Below are positions 40,533 through 51,421 of a stretch of DNA of 64,000 nucleotides, piece after piece. The stretch's first letter is position 1. Each line of letters starts with the position of its first letter. Source of the DNA: Phycisphaerae bacterium (GTDB lineage: Bacteria; Planctomycetota; Phycisphaerae; UBA1845; Fen-1342); contig JASFQK010000012.1 in the NCBI GenBank assembly GCA_050115495.1, positions 32,001 to 96,000 on the forward strand, written 5' to 3'. Below the pieces are notes generated by a model. The model had not been told where the DNA came from, ran no database searches, and saw nothing but the letters and a program-made list of their open reading frames with translations. Position numbers and translations under genes: made by a program.

Positions 40533-41405
40533 ATGAACCAACCGCAATTCAGCGTGATCGTCCCCTGTTACAACGAGGAGGCCGCCATTCGTGAGACGGT
40601 GGCCGCTCTGCGACGCGCCCTGCCCGACCCTGAGACGTACGAGCTCATCGTCGTCAACGACGGCTCGACCGACCGCTCGGCGAAGATCCTCAGCGAGCTC
40701 GAGCGCGAGGATGCCCATCTCCGCGTCGAGCACCATCCGCGCAACCGCGGCTACGGTGCGGCCCTGAAGACGGGTATCCAACGGGCCCACAGTGAACTCA
40801 TCGTCATCACCGACGCCGACGGCACGTACCCGAACGAGCGCATCGCCGAGCTCGTCGCCGTCGCTCGCGACGCCGACATGGTCGTCGGCGCGCGCACCGC
40901 CGACGACGCCGTCTACCCGCTCATCCGCAAGATCCCGAAGGCGTTCCTGCGCACGTACGCTTCGTGGCTGGCCCGCCGCCGCATTCCCGACCTCAACTCG
41001 GGCATGCGCGTCTTCCGCCGCTCGGTCGCGCAGCACTTCCTGCGTATCCTGCCGGACGGCTTCAGCTTCACGACGACCATCACGCTGGCCATGCTGACCA
41101 ACTTCCACGATGTGCGCTACATCCCGATCGGCTACGCGCATCGCAAGGGCCGCTCGAAGATCCGGCCCATTCGCGACACCGTCCGTTTCGTTCAGCTCAT
41201 CGTCCGTACGGGCACCTACTTCGCCCCGATGCGCGTCTTCTTCCCGTTCGCCCTGGTCCTCTTCGGCGCCTTCATCCTCAGCGCCCTCTACGACGTCTTC
41301 TTTCTGAACAACCTCACCGACAAGACGATCCTGTTCTTCCTCTTCGCCATGAACACCGGCATGTTTGCCCTACTGGCGGACATGATCGACAAACGCAGCA
41401 ACTAG
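40533..41405 (+). CDS. GT2 polyprenol-phosphate glycosyltransferase (GtrB/DPM1-like)
   Basis: VPCYNEE, VNDGSTD, NRGYG, TDADG, DLNSGMR, two C-terminal TM segments. Confidence 0.9.
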   Translation: MNQPQFSVIVPCYNEEAAIRETVAALRRALPDPETYELIVVNDGSTDRSAKILSELEREDAHLRVEHHPRNRGYGAALKTGIQRAHSELIVITDADGTYPNERIAELVAVARDADMVVGARTADDAVYPLIRKIPKAFLRTYASWLARRRIPDLNSGMRVFRRSVAQHFLRILPDGFSFTTTITLAMLTNFHDVRYIPIGYAHRKGRSKIRPIRDTVRFVQLIVRTGTYFAPMRVFFPFALVLFGAFILSALYDVFFLNNLTDKTILFFLFAMNTGMFALLADMIDKRSN

Positions 41406-41425
41406 ACAGCGGGCCCGCGCCACCC

Positions 41426-42241
41426 ATGCCCGAACACGCCTCACACGTCGATTCTGCCGACCGCGCCGGCCAGACTGCCCGCGACCGGGATCTCTTCGAT
41501 CGCATCGCCGAGGCGTACTGCCGCAAGGATCTGCACCCGACCTCGCGCGCCGCCCGCCGCCAGCGGCTCCGCCGGACGCTCGCCGGAGTGCCCGCCGGAC
41601 GCGACATCGCCATTCTGGAACCCGGCTGCGGCGCCGGCTTCGCCGCCACGTATCTCCGCGGCCGCTACCGCGCCTTCCACGGCATCGATCATTCCGAGAA
41701 GCTGATCGACTACGCCCGCGCTCACAACGGCGATGCCGGCGTCACCTTCGAGGTTGCGGACATCAACGCCTACGAGCCGGCCACACCGCCCGACGTCATC
41801 CTTATGATCGGCGTCCTGCACCACCTCGCCGACCTCGACGCCGCCCTGGCTCGCATGGTCGGCTGGCTCCGTCCCGGCGGCTGGCTCGCCGCCAACGAGC
41901 CGCACCCCGGCAACCCGCTCGTTTGCTGGGCCCGGCGGATCCGCCAGCGCGTCGACGCCGAGTATTCCGACGAGCAGGAAGAGCTGTCCGAGGCCCGCCT
42001 GCGAGCCGCCTACGGCCGCTGCGGCCTCGTCGACATCCGCATCCGCCCCCAGGGCCTCTTCTCCACCCCCTTCGCCGAGGTTGTCCTGCAGCCGACCATC
42101 GTCACTTTCCCGACGGCGGTTGCGGCCTGCCTCGCCGACACCGCCCTCGAAGCCACCCTCGGCGGCCTGCTCAAGCGCCTGAGCTGGAACCTCGTCGCCG
42201 TCGGTCGGAAACCGGGTCCATCATCGCCGACGGGCGGGTGA
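41426..42241 (+). CDS. Class I SAM-dependent methyltransferase
   Basis: ILEPGCGAG, GIDHS, GVLHH, LRPGG..NEP. Confidence 0.85.
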   Translation: MPEHASHVDSADRAGQTARDRDLFDRIAEAYCRKDLHPTSRAARRQRLRRTLAGVPAGRDIAILEPGCGAGFAATYLRGRYRAFHGIDHSEKLIDYARAHNGDAGVTFEVADINAYEPATPPDVILMIGVLHHLADLDAALARMVGWLRPGGWLAANEPHPGNPLVCWARRIRQRVDAEYSDEQEELSEARLRAAYGRCGLVDIRIRPQGLFSTPFAEVVLQPTIVTFPTAVAACLADTALEATLGGLLKRLSWNLVAVGRKPGPSSPTGG

Positions 42242-42244
42242 CCC

Positions 42245-42718
42245 GTGTCACGCCAATCCGCGCCACAGACCTCACCATCTCCGCCAGACGCCGACAAACT
42301 ACGCGCCCGCCTCTCCAGCTTCATCCGCTTCTGCGGGCTGACCGTGCTTAGTGCCGGCGTGAACTTTGGCCTGGCCATCTTCCTCCACGAGGTCGTCCAC
42401 TTCTCCGCGGAGCTCGCCTACGGCCTGTCGCTCATCACCGTGTTCGTCATGAACTTCTTCATCATGCGGCACTTCATCTTCGCCGGCGGCCGGGCGGGAC
42501 ACCCGGGCCGGCAACTCGCCCTGCACGCTGCCGCCGCCGTCGGTTTCCGTGGCGGCGAGTACCTGGCCTTCCTCGGCCTGCACACGGTCCTGGGCCTCTA
42601 CTACATCTGGGCCATGATCACCGTCCAGACGGCGTCCTTCTTCGCCAAGTACGTGTTTTATGGCACCGTCGTTTTCGGCAGCCGGGCATCGTCCGCCCCG
42701 CCGGCCGACGAGACCTAG
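42245..42718 (+). CDS. GtrA-family flippase
   Basis: Four TM segments; FIRF...VN..., MNFFIMRHFIF. Confidence 0.8.
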   Translation: MSRQSAPQTSPSPPDADKLRARLSSFIRFCGLTVLSAGVNFGLAIFLHEVVHFSAELAYGLSLITVFVMNFFIMRHFIFAGGRAGHPGRQLALHAAAAVGFRGGEYLAFLGLHTVLGLYYIWAMITVQTASFFAKYVFYGTVVFGSRASSAPPADET

Positions 42719-42876
42719 CCGCCGGATCTCGGCACTCCCCCACCGAAATCCTGTCGGGCCGGGTACCCCTCGCCGCTATAATGTAATGAACGCCGACGCT
42801 GGGTTGGCACATCCATGCATCGACTTATCGGCATCGGCCCGTCCGCGCTCGCGGCCGGGTGGAACTGGAGGCGAAG

Positions 42877-44922
42877 ATGAAGGCGCTCTACGCAGGCATC
42901 GTGGCCGTCCATTTGTGCCAGTGCGCACTCGCGCAGCCGGTCATCACATCCGCCGACTGGTGGCAGCTTGGTGACTACTACGTCGCCACCGCCAACCCCG
43001 AGAACGTCAACGTTCCCGTGGACGGCGTTATCAAGGGCACCGGCTATCAGGAGTGGGACTTCACCGGCATCGGCGTGCAGACCCGCAACCTCCGCTACGA
43101 CTACGTGGTCACCTCCGACGGCGGCTACGGCCAGGAGAACATCTTCCCCGGTGCCGACTTCGCCGAACGCATGATCGACGAGGATGCCCCCACCGCTCCC
43201 GCCTGGATGTACATCTCCCAGGACGCCGGCGTAGGCCGCACCATCTACGGCACCTACACGCCGTATGACAGCGAGCAGCCCGAGAGCGTCTTCAACCCGC
43301 CGATGGTCGACTTCCCCGACCCGATCCAGTATCTCCAGAACTGGAACGCCCACACCGTCTACCTCACCGCCATGAGCGGCTTCGATCTCCAGATCGTCTA
43401 CAACGCGGACAGCTCGGTGAACGCGTACGGCCGGATGAAGCTGCCCAACTTCGGCTGGGTCGACTGCCTGCGCGTCATGGAGGAGGCCACCTACGAGGTC
43501 TACTGGGACATGGGCGGCGGCAGTTGGGTCCTGTTGCAGACGAACTACATCCGCAACTACTACTGGCTCGCCCACGGCTTCGGCATCGCCGTCCACATCG
43601 GCTCGACGCAAGAGACGGCTGGCATGCCGGCCGAGGAGTTCGCCGTCGCCGGCATCTTCCAGATCCAGTATGCGAACAGCAACCCGATCGAGACACCGGT
43701 CATCACCGCCATCGATGACCAGACCGTCCTCGAGGTGGGCGTGCCGTTCAGCTACGCGGTCCAGGCCACCGGCTCGCCGGCGCCGACCTTCACGCTGCCG
43801 GTCGCTCCGGCGGACATGACCATCCACGAAGAGACCGGCCTGATCGAGTGGACGCCCACCGGCGCCAACGCCGGTGCCCACACGGTGACCGTCCAGGCCG
43901 ACAACATCGCCGGCACTGACACCGAGACCTTCACGCTCTACGTGGTCAACGCCAACGAGCCGCCGCAGAACCTGCGGACCAGCGTCTTCAGCTCCAGCAC
44001 GGTGGCGCTCGCCTGGGATCCCCCGGCGCACACCAACCTGCTGGCCGGCTACGCGGTGTACCACACGACCGATCCGCAGGGCGGCTACACGCTGCTGGCC
44101 GACAACCTCCCGGTGAGCCCGACGACGTTCGCTCACGACGACGCCCCGACCGGCATCAAGCACTACTACCGGGTCGAAGCCATCCTCAGCATTCCCCCTG
44201 ATGAGTGGCTCTCCGACGATTCGAACAGCGTTGTCACCTACGTCCTGACGCCGACCGAGACCGCCTACGGCTACGACGACAGCACCGCCGAATCCGGCCT
44301 CGTCGTCGGCGGATCCAACGCCCAGAAGGCGGTCAGCTACACGCTCGGCACCACGGATGAGGTCCGCCTCACCAAGGTCGCCGTCTACCTCACGGAGGTC
44401 GTCGACGCCAGCCTGACGGTGAAGGTCTACGACGACGATTTCGGCTATCTCCCAGGAACCGGCCTCGTCCAACTGACCTACCCCGCCGCGCTGCTTAGCC
44501 CCGGCTGGAACATCCTCGACATCCAGCCCGAGTTCCTCCAGCCCGTCTTCACCGGCGGCGGTAACTTCTTCGTCGGCATCGTCGAAGGCGCCACGGAGAA
44601 CCCCGTCGGCGTCGACGAGAACATCTCGGGGCATAGCTTCTTCAAGACGTCCGGCGGCGACTGGTCGTACCTCTTCGCTGGCGACTTGATGATCCGCGCT
44701 CTCCTCGTGGGGCAGTCGCAGATCATCCCCGGCGACGTCAACGGCGACGGCCTGGTCAACAACTTCGACATCGCCCCCTTCGTCTACGCTGTCACGCATG
44801 ATCGTGCGGAGTTCGAAGACCACTACCCCGACGGCTGCTACGACTGCGCCGACGTCAACGGCGACGGTACGGTCAACAACTTCGACATCGCCCCCTTCGT
44901 AAGCCTGCTGACCGGCGGCTAG
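42877..44922 (+). CDS. Exported protein with Ig-like, FN3-like and dockerin type I-like domains
   Basis: Signal peptide; TGLIEWTP; PQNL..VALAWD..YRV; duplicated DVNGDGxVNNFDIAPFV. Confidence 0.85.
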   Translation: MKALYAGIVAVHLCQCALAQPVITSADWWQLGDYYVATANPENVNVPVDGVIKGTGYQEWDFTGIGVQTRNLRYDYVVTSDGGYGQENIFPGADFAERMIDEDAPTAPAWMYISQDAGVGRTIYGTYTPYDSEQPESVFNPPMVDFPDPIQYLQNWNAHTVYLTAMSGFDLQIVYNADSSVNAYGRMKLPNFGWVDCLRVMEEATYEVYWDMGGGSWVLLQTNYIRNYYWLAHGFGIAVHIGSTQETAGMPAEEFAVAGIFQIQYANSNPIETPVITAIDDQTVLEVGVPFSYAVQATGSPAPTFTLPVAPADMTIHEETGLIEWTPTGANAGAHTVTVQADNIAGTDTETFTLYVVNANEPPQNLRTSVFSSSTVALAWDPPAHTNLLAGYAVYHTTDPQGGYTLLADNLPVSPTTFAHDDAPTGIKHYYRVEAILSIPPDEWLSDDSNSVVTYVLTPTETAYGYDDSTAESGLVVGGSNAQKAVSYTLGTTDEVRLTKVAVYLTEVVDASLTVKVYDDDFGYLPGTGLVQLTYPAALLSPGWNILDIQPEFLQPVFTGGGNFFVGIVEGATENPVGVDENISGHSFFKTSGGDWSYLFAGDLMIRALLVGQSQIIPGDVNGDGLVNNFDIAPFVYAVTHDRAEFEDHYPDGCYDCADVNGDGTVNNFDIAPFVSLLTGG

Positions 44923-45285
44923 ACGCCGGCGGCGCCGTTCAGGTCCGGTGCGATTTTGCGACGCGCCCTGTCGCCGACTCCCGTCGGCGGCGGGGCACGT
45001 CGCTTTCCCGGACCCTGCTGAACGTCGGCCCCTCCCATAGGCGGCGACGTTTTCGGAGTCGTGGGGCCGCCACGTGGCCCGTTCTCCCCCATCTAATCCT
45101 GCAGTCCCACTTCTCCGATACCGCTGGTGTACGACTTCGTGCGGCAACAACTGCTCCCGAGCGGCTGCTCGCCTGCCTGTGCGCCACGAGCCGAGCGTGC
45201 GGGAGGCAATCGCTGGCGACACGGGCGATGATTACGCTCGTCCACCGCGCGAACGTTCGTCGTTGTCAGTCAGACGGGACTCGTC

Positions 45286-47820
45286 GTGCGCAACACACCC
45301 AGGTCAAAACAACAGCTCTTCGACGAGCTCCAGAAGCTGCGCGCACAGCTGGCCGAGCTGACGCGCGAGAACGAGCGCTTGCGCGGCACCACCCCCGTCG
45401 CCGCGACCGCCGACCCCCTCCGCGAGCCGGGGATCAACGTTCAGGAACTGCTCGACCGACTGCCCGGGCTGATCACGTATGTCACCGTGCTGGACGTGCC
45501 GCCCCGCTACCTTCTGGTCACGCCGCAGGTCAAGCAAATCACCGGTTATTCGCCCGAAGACTACTACCGCGACCCCGACTTCTGGCCGAGCCACCTCCAT
45601 CCCGACGACCGCGATCGCGTTCTCGCCGAGTACAAGGAGACCATCCGCACCGGCCGCCCCCTCAAAACGGGGTATCGCGTGTTACGCCCGGACGGCTCCC
45701 TCGTCTGGATCAACAACGTGGGCGAGGTCATCCGGGATCAGGACGGCAAGCCGAAGTACCTGCTCGGCATCTCCTCTGACGTCACGGAATGCCGGCTCGC
45801 CGAGGAGGCCCTCCGCGGCAGCGAGGAACGCTTCCGTGCCCTCGTCGAGCAGGCCGGCGACGCCCTCTACCTGCACGACACGCAGGGACGAATCCTGGAT
45901 GTCAACGAGGTGGCCTGCAAGCAGTCCGGCTACACGCGCGACGAGCTTCTCCGGCTGCACGTCCAGGACATCGGTGTCGAGACGGATGGGGACGAGGACC
46001 TGGTTCGCCTTTGGACGGATGCTGCTGCCGGCCGCAACACGACCTGCGAGGCCCGCCACCGCCGCAAGGACGGAACCATCCTCTCCGTCGAGGTTACGCT
46101 GGGGCCGGTCCGGCTCGGCGGCCGGCGGCTCGTGCTCGCTCTTGCCCGTGATATCACGGGCCGCATGCAGGCCGAGGAATCCTTGCGCAGCAGCGAACGC
46201 AAGCTCTCCACAGCGGCCAAGATCGCCCGCCTGGGCTACTGGGAGTATGACGTCGCCACCAACCTCTTCCACTTCGACGACCAGTTCTACGCCGTCTGTC
46301 GCACCTCGGTGGCCGAAATCGGCAGTTACACGATGTCACCCGAGGATTACGCCCGGCGCTTCCTGTTTCCCGAGGATCGAGCCATCGTCACCGAGGAGCT
46401 CGCCCGGGCGATGGCCGCCACGGATCCCAACTTCCGGCATCAGTTGGAACGCCGCATTCGTTTCGGTGACGGCGAGATCGGCTACATTGCCGTCCACTAC
46501 TTCGTTACGCAGGACGCCCACGGCCGCATCATCAAGACCTACGGCGTTAACCAGGACGTCACCGAACGTCGCCAGGCCGAGGAGGCGCTGCGCACCGCCA
46601 AACGCCGGGCCGAGGCCGCCAGCCGGGCCAAGAGCGAGTTCCTGGCCAACATGAGCCATGAGATTCGCACACCCATGACGGCCATCCTCGGCTTTACGGA
46701 CATCCTGCTCGATGGCTACCAGGCCACCGGCAACGCCACCGCCGCCCAGCTCGATGCGGCCCGCACCATCCGTCGCAACGGCGAGTACCTCCTCGAGCTC
46801 ATCAACAGCATTCTCGACCTCTCCAAGATCGAGGCCGGCAAGTTCGCGGTCGAGTCCGTGCCCTGTGCCGTCGATCAGCTCATCGCCGAGGTCACTGCGC
46901 TGATGCACGTCCGCGCCGACAGCACCGGCGTCCAACTGCACGTGCGCAGCGAAGGGCCCGTTCCACAGACCATCCAGACCGACCCGACCCGCCTGCGCCA
47001 AATCCTCATCAACATCCTGGGCAACGCCTTCAAATTCACCGAGCTCGGCAGCGTCACCCTCATCGTTCGCCTCGGTCCCGACCGCACCACCATCGAATTC
47101 GACATCGTCGACACCGGCATCGGCATGACCCAGGCCCAGACCGCCACACTCTTCGAGCCCTTCACCCAGGCCGATACCTCCGCCGCCCGCCGCTTCAGCG
47201 GCACCGGCCTCGGTCTGGCGATCAGCCGACGGCTCGCCCAGTTGCTTGGCGGCGACGTCATCCTCGTGGAAACGCAGCGCGGCCGCGGCTCACGCTTCCG
47301 CGCTACAGTGGCCACCGGTTCGCTGACCGGCGTCCCCATGATCACGGACGGCTTCCTGGGCGCCGCTCCAGCCCGCCCCAACGTTGCCCCGGCGGACGAG
47401 TCGTCGCCCCTGCCGCTCGGCGGCCTGCGGATCCTCCTGGCCGAGGATGGCCCGGACAACCAACGGCTCATCGCTCACCTGTTGTGCCGCGCCGGCGCGG
47501 AGGTCGTCGTCGTCGACAACGGCCAACTGGCCCTTGAGGCCGCCCTCGCCGCCCGCGAGCGCGGCGCGCCCTTCGACGTTCTCTTCATGGACATGCAGAT
47601 GCCCGTCATGGACGGCTACACCGCGACGCGCGGTCTGCGCGACCAGGGCTACGACGGCCTGATCGTGGCCCTGACCGCCCACGCCATGACGCAGGACCGG
47701 CAGAAGTGCCTCGACGCCGGCTGCAACGACTACGTCACCAAGCCCGTCAAACGCCGGGACCTGACCTCCGTCGTTCGCCAGCACCTCCCCGCCCGGTCGC
47801 CGACGAAGACTCGTTCCTGA
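45286..47820 (+). CDS. Hybrid histidine kinase with three PAS domains
   Basis: HPDDR and other PAS/PAC motifs, [16 protein letters not shown] with FMDMQMP. Confidence 0.95.
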   Translation: MRNTPRSKQQLFDELQKLRAQLAELTRENERLRGTTPVAATADPLREPGINVQELLDRLPGLITYVTVLDVPPRYLLVTPQVKQITGYSPEDYYRDPDFWPSHLHPDDRDRVLAEYKETIRTGRPLKTGYRVLRPDGSLVWINNVGEVIRDQDGKPKYLLGISSDVTECRLAEEALRGSEERFRALVEQAGDALYLHDTQGRILDVNEVACKQSGYTRDELLRLHVQDIGVETDGDEDLVRLWTDAAAGRNTTCEARHRRKDGTILSVEVTLGPVRLGGRRLVLALARDITGRMQAEESLRSSERKLSTAAKIARLGYWEYDVATNLFHFDDQFYAVCRTSVAEIGSYTMSPEDYARRFLFPEDRAIVTEELARAMAATDPNFRHQLERRIRFGDGEIGYIAVHYFVTQDAHGRIIKTYGVNQDVTERRQAEEALRTAKRRAEAASRAKSEFLANMSHEIRTPMTAILGFTDILLDGYQATGNATAAQLDAARTIRRNGEYLLELINSILDLSKIEAGKFAVESVPCAVDQLIAEVTALMHVRADSTGVQLHVRSEGPVPQTIQTDPTRLRQILINILGNAFKFTELGSVTLIVRLGPDRTTIEFDIVDTGIGMTQAQTATLFEPFTQADTSAARRFSGTGLGLAISRRLAQLLGGDVILVETQRGRGSRFRATVATGSLTGVPMITDGFLGAAPARPNVAPADESSPLPLGGLRILLAEDGPDNQRLIAHLLCRAGAEVVVVDNGQLALEAALAARERGAPFDVLFMDMQMPVMDGYTATRGLRDQGYDGLIVALTAHAMTQDRQKCLDAGCNDYVTKPVKRRDLTSVVRQHLPARSPTKTRS

Positions 47821-47943
47821 ACCTCTGCCGCACTCGCCGCGCCTTCTGCCGGCGACGCGATCGAGCTATCATCCGTCCGGGCGGCCCGCTGAGCCGCCGG
47901 AGTTTCGCACCATCTGGCGCAGCGCGCCGCCGAGGTTGGTTTC

Positions 47944-48720
47944 ATGACGCCGTCTGAGTTCACCTACCGTACCGCCGCCGAGGAAACCTGGCGCATCTTC
48001 CGCATCATGGCGGAGTTCGTCGAAGGCATTGACGTCATGTCCCGCATCGGGCCCGCCGTCACCATCTTCGGCTCCGCCCGCACGCTCCCCGACGACCCCT
48101 ACTACCAGCAGGCCGTCGAGCTTGCCCGCCTGCTCGCCCAGAACAAGTTCGCCGTCATCACCGGCGGTGGTCCGGGCATCATGGCCGCCGCCAACCAGGG
48201 CGCCAGCGAGGGCGGCGGCAAGAGCATCGGTCTCAACATCGCCCTGCCCCACGAGCAGGAGCCGAACCCCTTCCAGAATGTCGAGCTCACGTTCCACTAC
48301 TTCTTCGTGCGCAAGGTCATGTTCCTCAAGTACGCCGTCGCCCTGGCCTGTTTCCCCGGCGGCTTTGGCACGATGGACGAGTTCTTCGAGTCCATGACGC
48401 TCATCCAGACGCAGAAGGTGCGTCCGATGAAGGTCGTTCTGATCGGCAAGCAGTTCTGGAATCCGCTCTGCGCCTGGCTCCGCCAGAACATGCTCGAAAT
48501 GCACCACAACATTTCCCCCGAGGACATGGACCTCTTCACCGTCACCGACGACGTCGAGGAAGCCGCCCGCGTCATCCAGGCCTACTATGAGCAGAACCAC
48601 TCCCTCGCCGGCGAACCCCCCATCGACGACGAGCTGACCACCAAGCCAGGCCACCGTCTCACCGCTGAGGGCACGCTCTTCGGCCTCCCCCCCATGAGCG
48701 GCCGCCGCGACCAACCCTGA
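47944..48720 (+). CDS. LOG-family (TIGR00730) nucleotide phosphoribohydrolase
   Basis: IFGSAR, TGGGPGIM, YFFVRK, PGGFGTMDE. Confidence 0.92.
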   Translation: MTPSEFTYRTAAEETWRIFRIMAEFVEGIDVMSRIGPAVTIFGSARTLPDDPYYQQAVELARLLAQNKFAVITGGGPGIMAAANQGASEGGGKSIGLNIALPHEQEPNPFQNVELTFHYFFVRKVMFLKYAVALACFPGGFGTMDEFFESMTLIQTQKVRPMKVVLIGKQFWNPLCAWLRQNMLEMHHNISPEDMDLFTVTDDVEEAARVIQAYYEQNHSLAGEPPIDDELTTKPGHRLTAEGTLFGLPPMSGRRDQP

Positions 48721-48726
48721 CGATCC

Positions 48727-48932
48727 GTGGGATAGGTCGCGTCAGCCTGTGTGGCATGCCGAAGCCTTAGGCGCCGGCATGTCCCCGCGATTTCGAGGGG
48801 ACGCTCGGTGTGCCACTGCTCTTGAGCGGTGCTCTTCGTCTGCCGAAGGACCACTCGCCCGCCGGCCCCACGCTCGCCACGGCGTCAGCTCGAACCGACG
48901 CCATGCCGGCGCTCACACCTTCGGCATGTCGC
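48727..48932. repeat. REP mosaic: expanded REPIN with inserted palindromes
   Basis: Left half at 48749-48783, degenerate right half at 48901-48932, internal cactgctc-tt-gagcggtg palindrome. Confidence 0.7.
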
Positions 48933-48937
48933 CCCGT

Positions 48938-49219
48938 CTACGGTCTCTTCGGCGGCTCTGGCCGCTTGCCCTTCTCCGGCGGCTTTCCCTCGCGGCCCTG
49001 GTCGCGAATCTCGCGCAGCAGCCCGGCGATTTCCTTCAATTGCGCGTTCGTCTGCCGCTGTTCCTTGATCATCTCCAGCCGCTGGGCCCCGCTGTCGGGC
49101 ACCTGGGCCAGCGCCGTCGGCGGGTCGCTCAGGGCGATCCACCCCGTCGCCAGCAATGCCGCCACACACAGCCCCAGTACGAACCCCGGCCAGTACGCCT
49201 TCGCCATCTGCCTGATCAC
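48938..49219 (-). CDS. Small exported/membrane-anchored hypothetical protein
   Basis: Hydrophobic N-terminus, ALAQVPDSGAQR, short coiled coil; start may be 49207. Confidence 0.7.
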   Translation of the reverse strand: MIRQMAKAYWPGFVLGLCVAALLATGWIALSDPPTALAQVPDSGAQRLEMIKEQRQTNAQLKEIAGLLREIRDQGREGKPPEKGKRPEPPKRP

Positions 49220-49337
49220 GAGCGCGCCTCCTGCAAAGTCGATCCAAGAGCTCCAATCTCACATTATCGGTCGATCCCCCCACCCCGCCGTAGCCACGCT
49301 GGAGGCACTCCCCCTTCCAACCCAAGCCCAATCGCGT

Positions 49338-49476
49338 GTGTGGCATGCTGAAGCCTTAGGCGCCGGCATGTCTTGCTCGTTCGTCAAGGACCACATGCCG
49401 GCGCTGCGCTTCGGCATGCCACACAGCGAGACGCTGCCTCCGGCTCAAGGCTCACGGCTCAGGGCTCAAGGCTCGC
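49338..49476. repeat. REPIN-like element (49338-49423) followed by a GGCTCAN heptamer array
   Basis: Same halves as 351-438; ggctcaa ggctcac ggctcag ggctcaa ggctcgc at 49442-49476. Confidence 0.85.
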
Positions 49477-49496
49477 TCCGGTACGGAGCCCGTACG

Positions 49497-51287
49497 CTAC
49501 TCCGCCCGCACCTGTAGCGCCAGCTCCTCAAGCTGCTCCGGTGCCACCGCGCTCGGCGCCTGCGTCATCAGGCACGACGCCCGCGCCGTCTTCGGGAACG
49601 CAATCACCTCCCGAATGTTGTCCCGCCCCGTCAGCAGCATCACCATCCGATCCAGCCCCAGCGCGATGCCACCGTGCGGCGGCGGACCGTACTTCAACGC
49701 ATCCAGCAGGAACCCGAACTTGAGCTGCTGCTCTTCCGGGCTCATGTCCAGCAGCTTGAAGATCCGCTGTTGTACGTCCGCCTGGTGGATACGAATGCTG
49801 CCGCCGCCGAGTTCGATTCCGTTGAGCACGACGTCGTACGCCTTCGCCCGGCAGGCCGTCGGTTCCGACTCGAGTTGCGGCAGGTCCTCGTCCAACGGCG
49901 CCGTAAACGGGTGGTGCACGGCGAAGTGCCGGCCGACCTCCGCGTCGTACATGAACATCGGGAAATCAACGACCCACAGGAAGTTCCATTTGCCCGCCGG
50001 TATGAGCCCCCGCCGCCGGCCGAGCACCTCGCGCAGCCACGACAGGTACTTGCAGACGTTCGCCTCGTTGTCCGCGGCGAAGAACAGAATGTCGCCCGGC
50101 CCGGCCTCCGCCGCCGTCAGCAGCTCCGCACAGCGCTCGGCGTTGAAGAACTTGGCCACACCGCCCTGGAGCGCCGCCTGCCCGCCGTCGCCGGCGACGA
50201 CCTTGACCATCGGCAGTCCGCCGGCCCCGATGCCGCGCAGGTCATCGGCCAGCGTGTCCGTTTCCTTGCGGCTCATGTCGGCCCCGCCGGGAACGCGGAT
50301 CAACCGCACCACGCCGCCGGCGTTGAGCGCCTCGGTGAACACGCGGAACTCGGTCTGCCGGGCGATCGCCGACACATCGCGAATGCGCAGGTCATAGCGC
50401 GTGTCCGGCCGGTCGATACCGTAGTCGGCCATCGCCTGCTGATAGCTCATCTGCGGGAACGGCGTCGGCACGTCCACGTCGTGAATGACCTTCATGAGGT
50501 GCTGGAGGCAACCCTCCATGATGGTCATCACGTTCTCGGGCTGGACGAACGACATCTCCAGGTCGAGCTGTGTGAACTCTGGCTGCCGATCGGCCCGCAG
50601 GTCCTCATCGCGGAAGCAGCGCACGATCTGCACGTACCGGTCGAACCCGCTGACCATCAGCAACTGCTTGAAGAGCTGCGGCGACTGCGGCAGGGCGTAG
50701 AACGACCCATGGTGAATCCGCGACGGCACCAGGAAATCGCGGGCTCCTTCCGGCGTGCTCTTCGTCAGGAAGGGCGTTTCGATCTCGACGAACCCCTCGC
50801 GGTCGAAGTAGTCGCGCATCGCCTTCGTGATGCGGTGCCGTACGCGCAGCGTCTCCTGCATCGCCGGCCGCCGCAGGTCGAGGAAGCGGTAGCGCAGCCG
50901 CGTGTCCTCGTTGGTCTCCGTCTCGTCGGAGATCTCGAAGATGGGCGTCTCGGCCGAGGTGAGCAGCTCCACCTCCTGGACGACGATCTCGACCGCCCCC
51001 GTCTTCATCTTGGTGTTCACCAACCCGTCCGGCCGCGCCGCCACCTGGCCCCGCGCCACGATGCAGAATTCCGGCCGCAGCGTCTCCGCGACGCGGTGGG
51101 CGTCGGGCGCCCCTTCCGGGTCGAACTTGAGCTGCACCAAGCCTTCCCGGTCGCGCAGGTCCACGAAGATCAGGCCGCCCAGATCGCGCCGGCCATGAAC
51201 CCAACCGGCCAAGAGCACCGTTTGGCCGATGCGTTCCGGACCGACGTCGCCGCAGTAACACGTACGCTGGTGGTAGGGCAGAGACAC
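49497..51287 (-). CDS. aspS: Aspartate--tRNA ligase
   Basis: [53 protein letters not shown]. Confidence 0.98.
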   Translation of the reverse strand: MSLPYHQRTCYCGDVGPERIGQTVLLAGWVHGRRDLGGLIFVDLRDREGLVQLKFDPEGAPDAHRVAETLRPEFCIVARGQVAARPDGLVNTKMKTGAVEIVVQEVELLTSAETPIFEISDETETNEDTRLRYRFLDLRRPAMQETLRVRHRITKAMRDYFDREGFVEIETPFLTKSTPEGARDFLVPSRIHHGSFYALPQSPQLFKQLLMVSGFDRYVQIVRCFRDEDLRADRQPEFTQLDLEMSFVQPENVMTIMEGCLQHLMKVIHDVDVPTPFPQMSYQQAMADYGIDRPDTRYDLRIRDVSAIARQTEFRVFTEALNAGGVVRLIRVPGGADMSRKETDTLADDLRGIGAGGLPMVKVVAGDGGQAALQGGVAKFFNAERCAELLTAAEAGPGDILFFAADNEANVCKYLSWLREVLGRRRGLIPAGKWNFLWVVDFPMFMYDAEVGRHFAVHHPFTAPLDEDLPQLESEPTACRAKAYDVVLNGIELGGGSIRIHQADVQQRIFKLLDMSPEEQQLKFGFLLDALKYGPPPHGGIALGLDRMVMLLTGRDNIREVIAFPKTARASCLMTQAPSAVAPEQLEELALQVRAE

Positions 51288-51421
51288 GTTTCCATCTCCT
51301 GCTCGTTGCCGTTCGTTGCTACGAGCGGGGTATGGTACCATGCGTCCTGCAAGCTGGCACGCCGGCACCGCCGGCCGGTCCGCTAACGTCGGCGGGCCGA
51401 ACACCCGTCACGGACGACGCC

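Noticed and set aside
44731..44900. Direct DNA repeat of about 50 nt
   Set aside because: Explained by the internal duplication of the dockerin domain.
42715..45222. 835-aa minus-strand ORF and other long antisense ORFs (e.g. 57660-59855, 60321-62147, 49674-51386, 9017-11017)
   Set aside because: They shadow well-supported genes on the opposite strand, have no motifs, and are expected in high-GC DNA.
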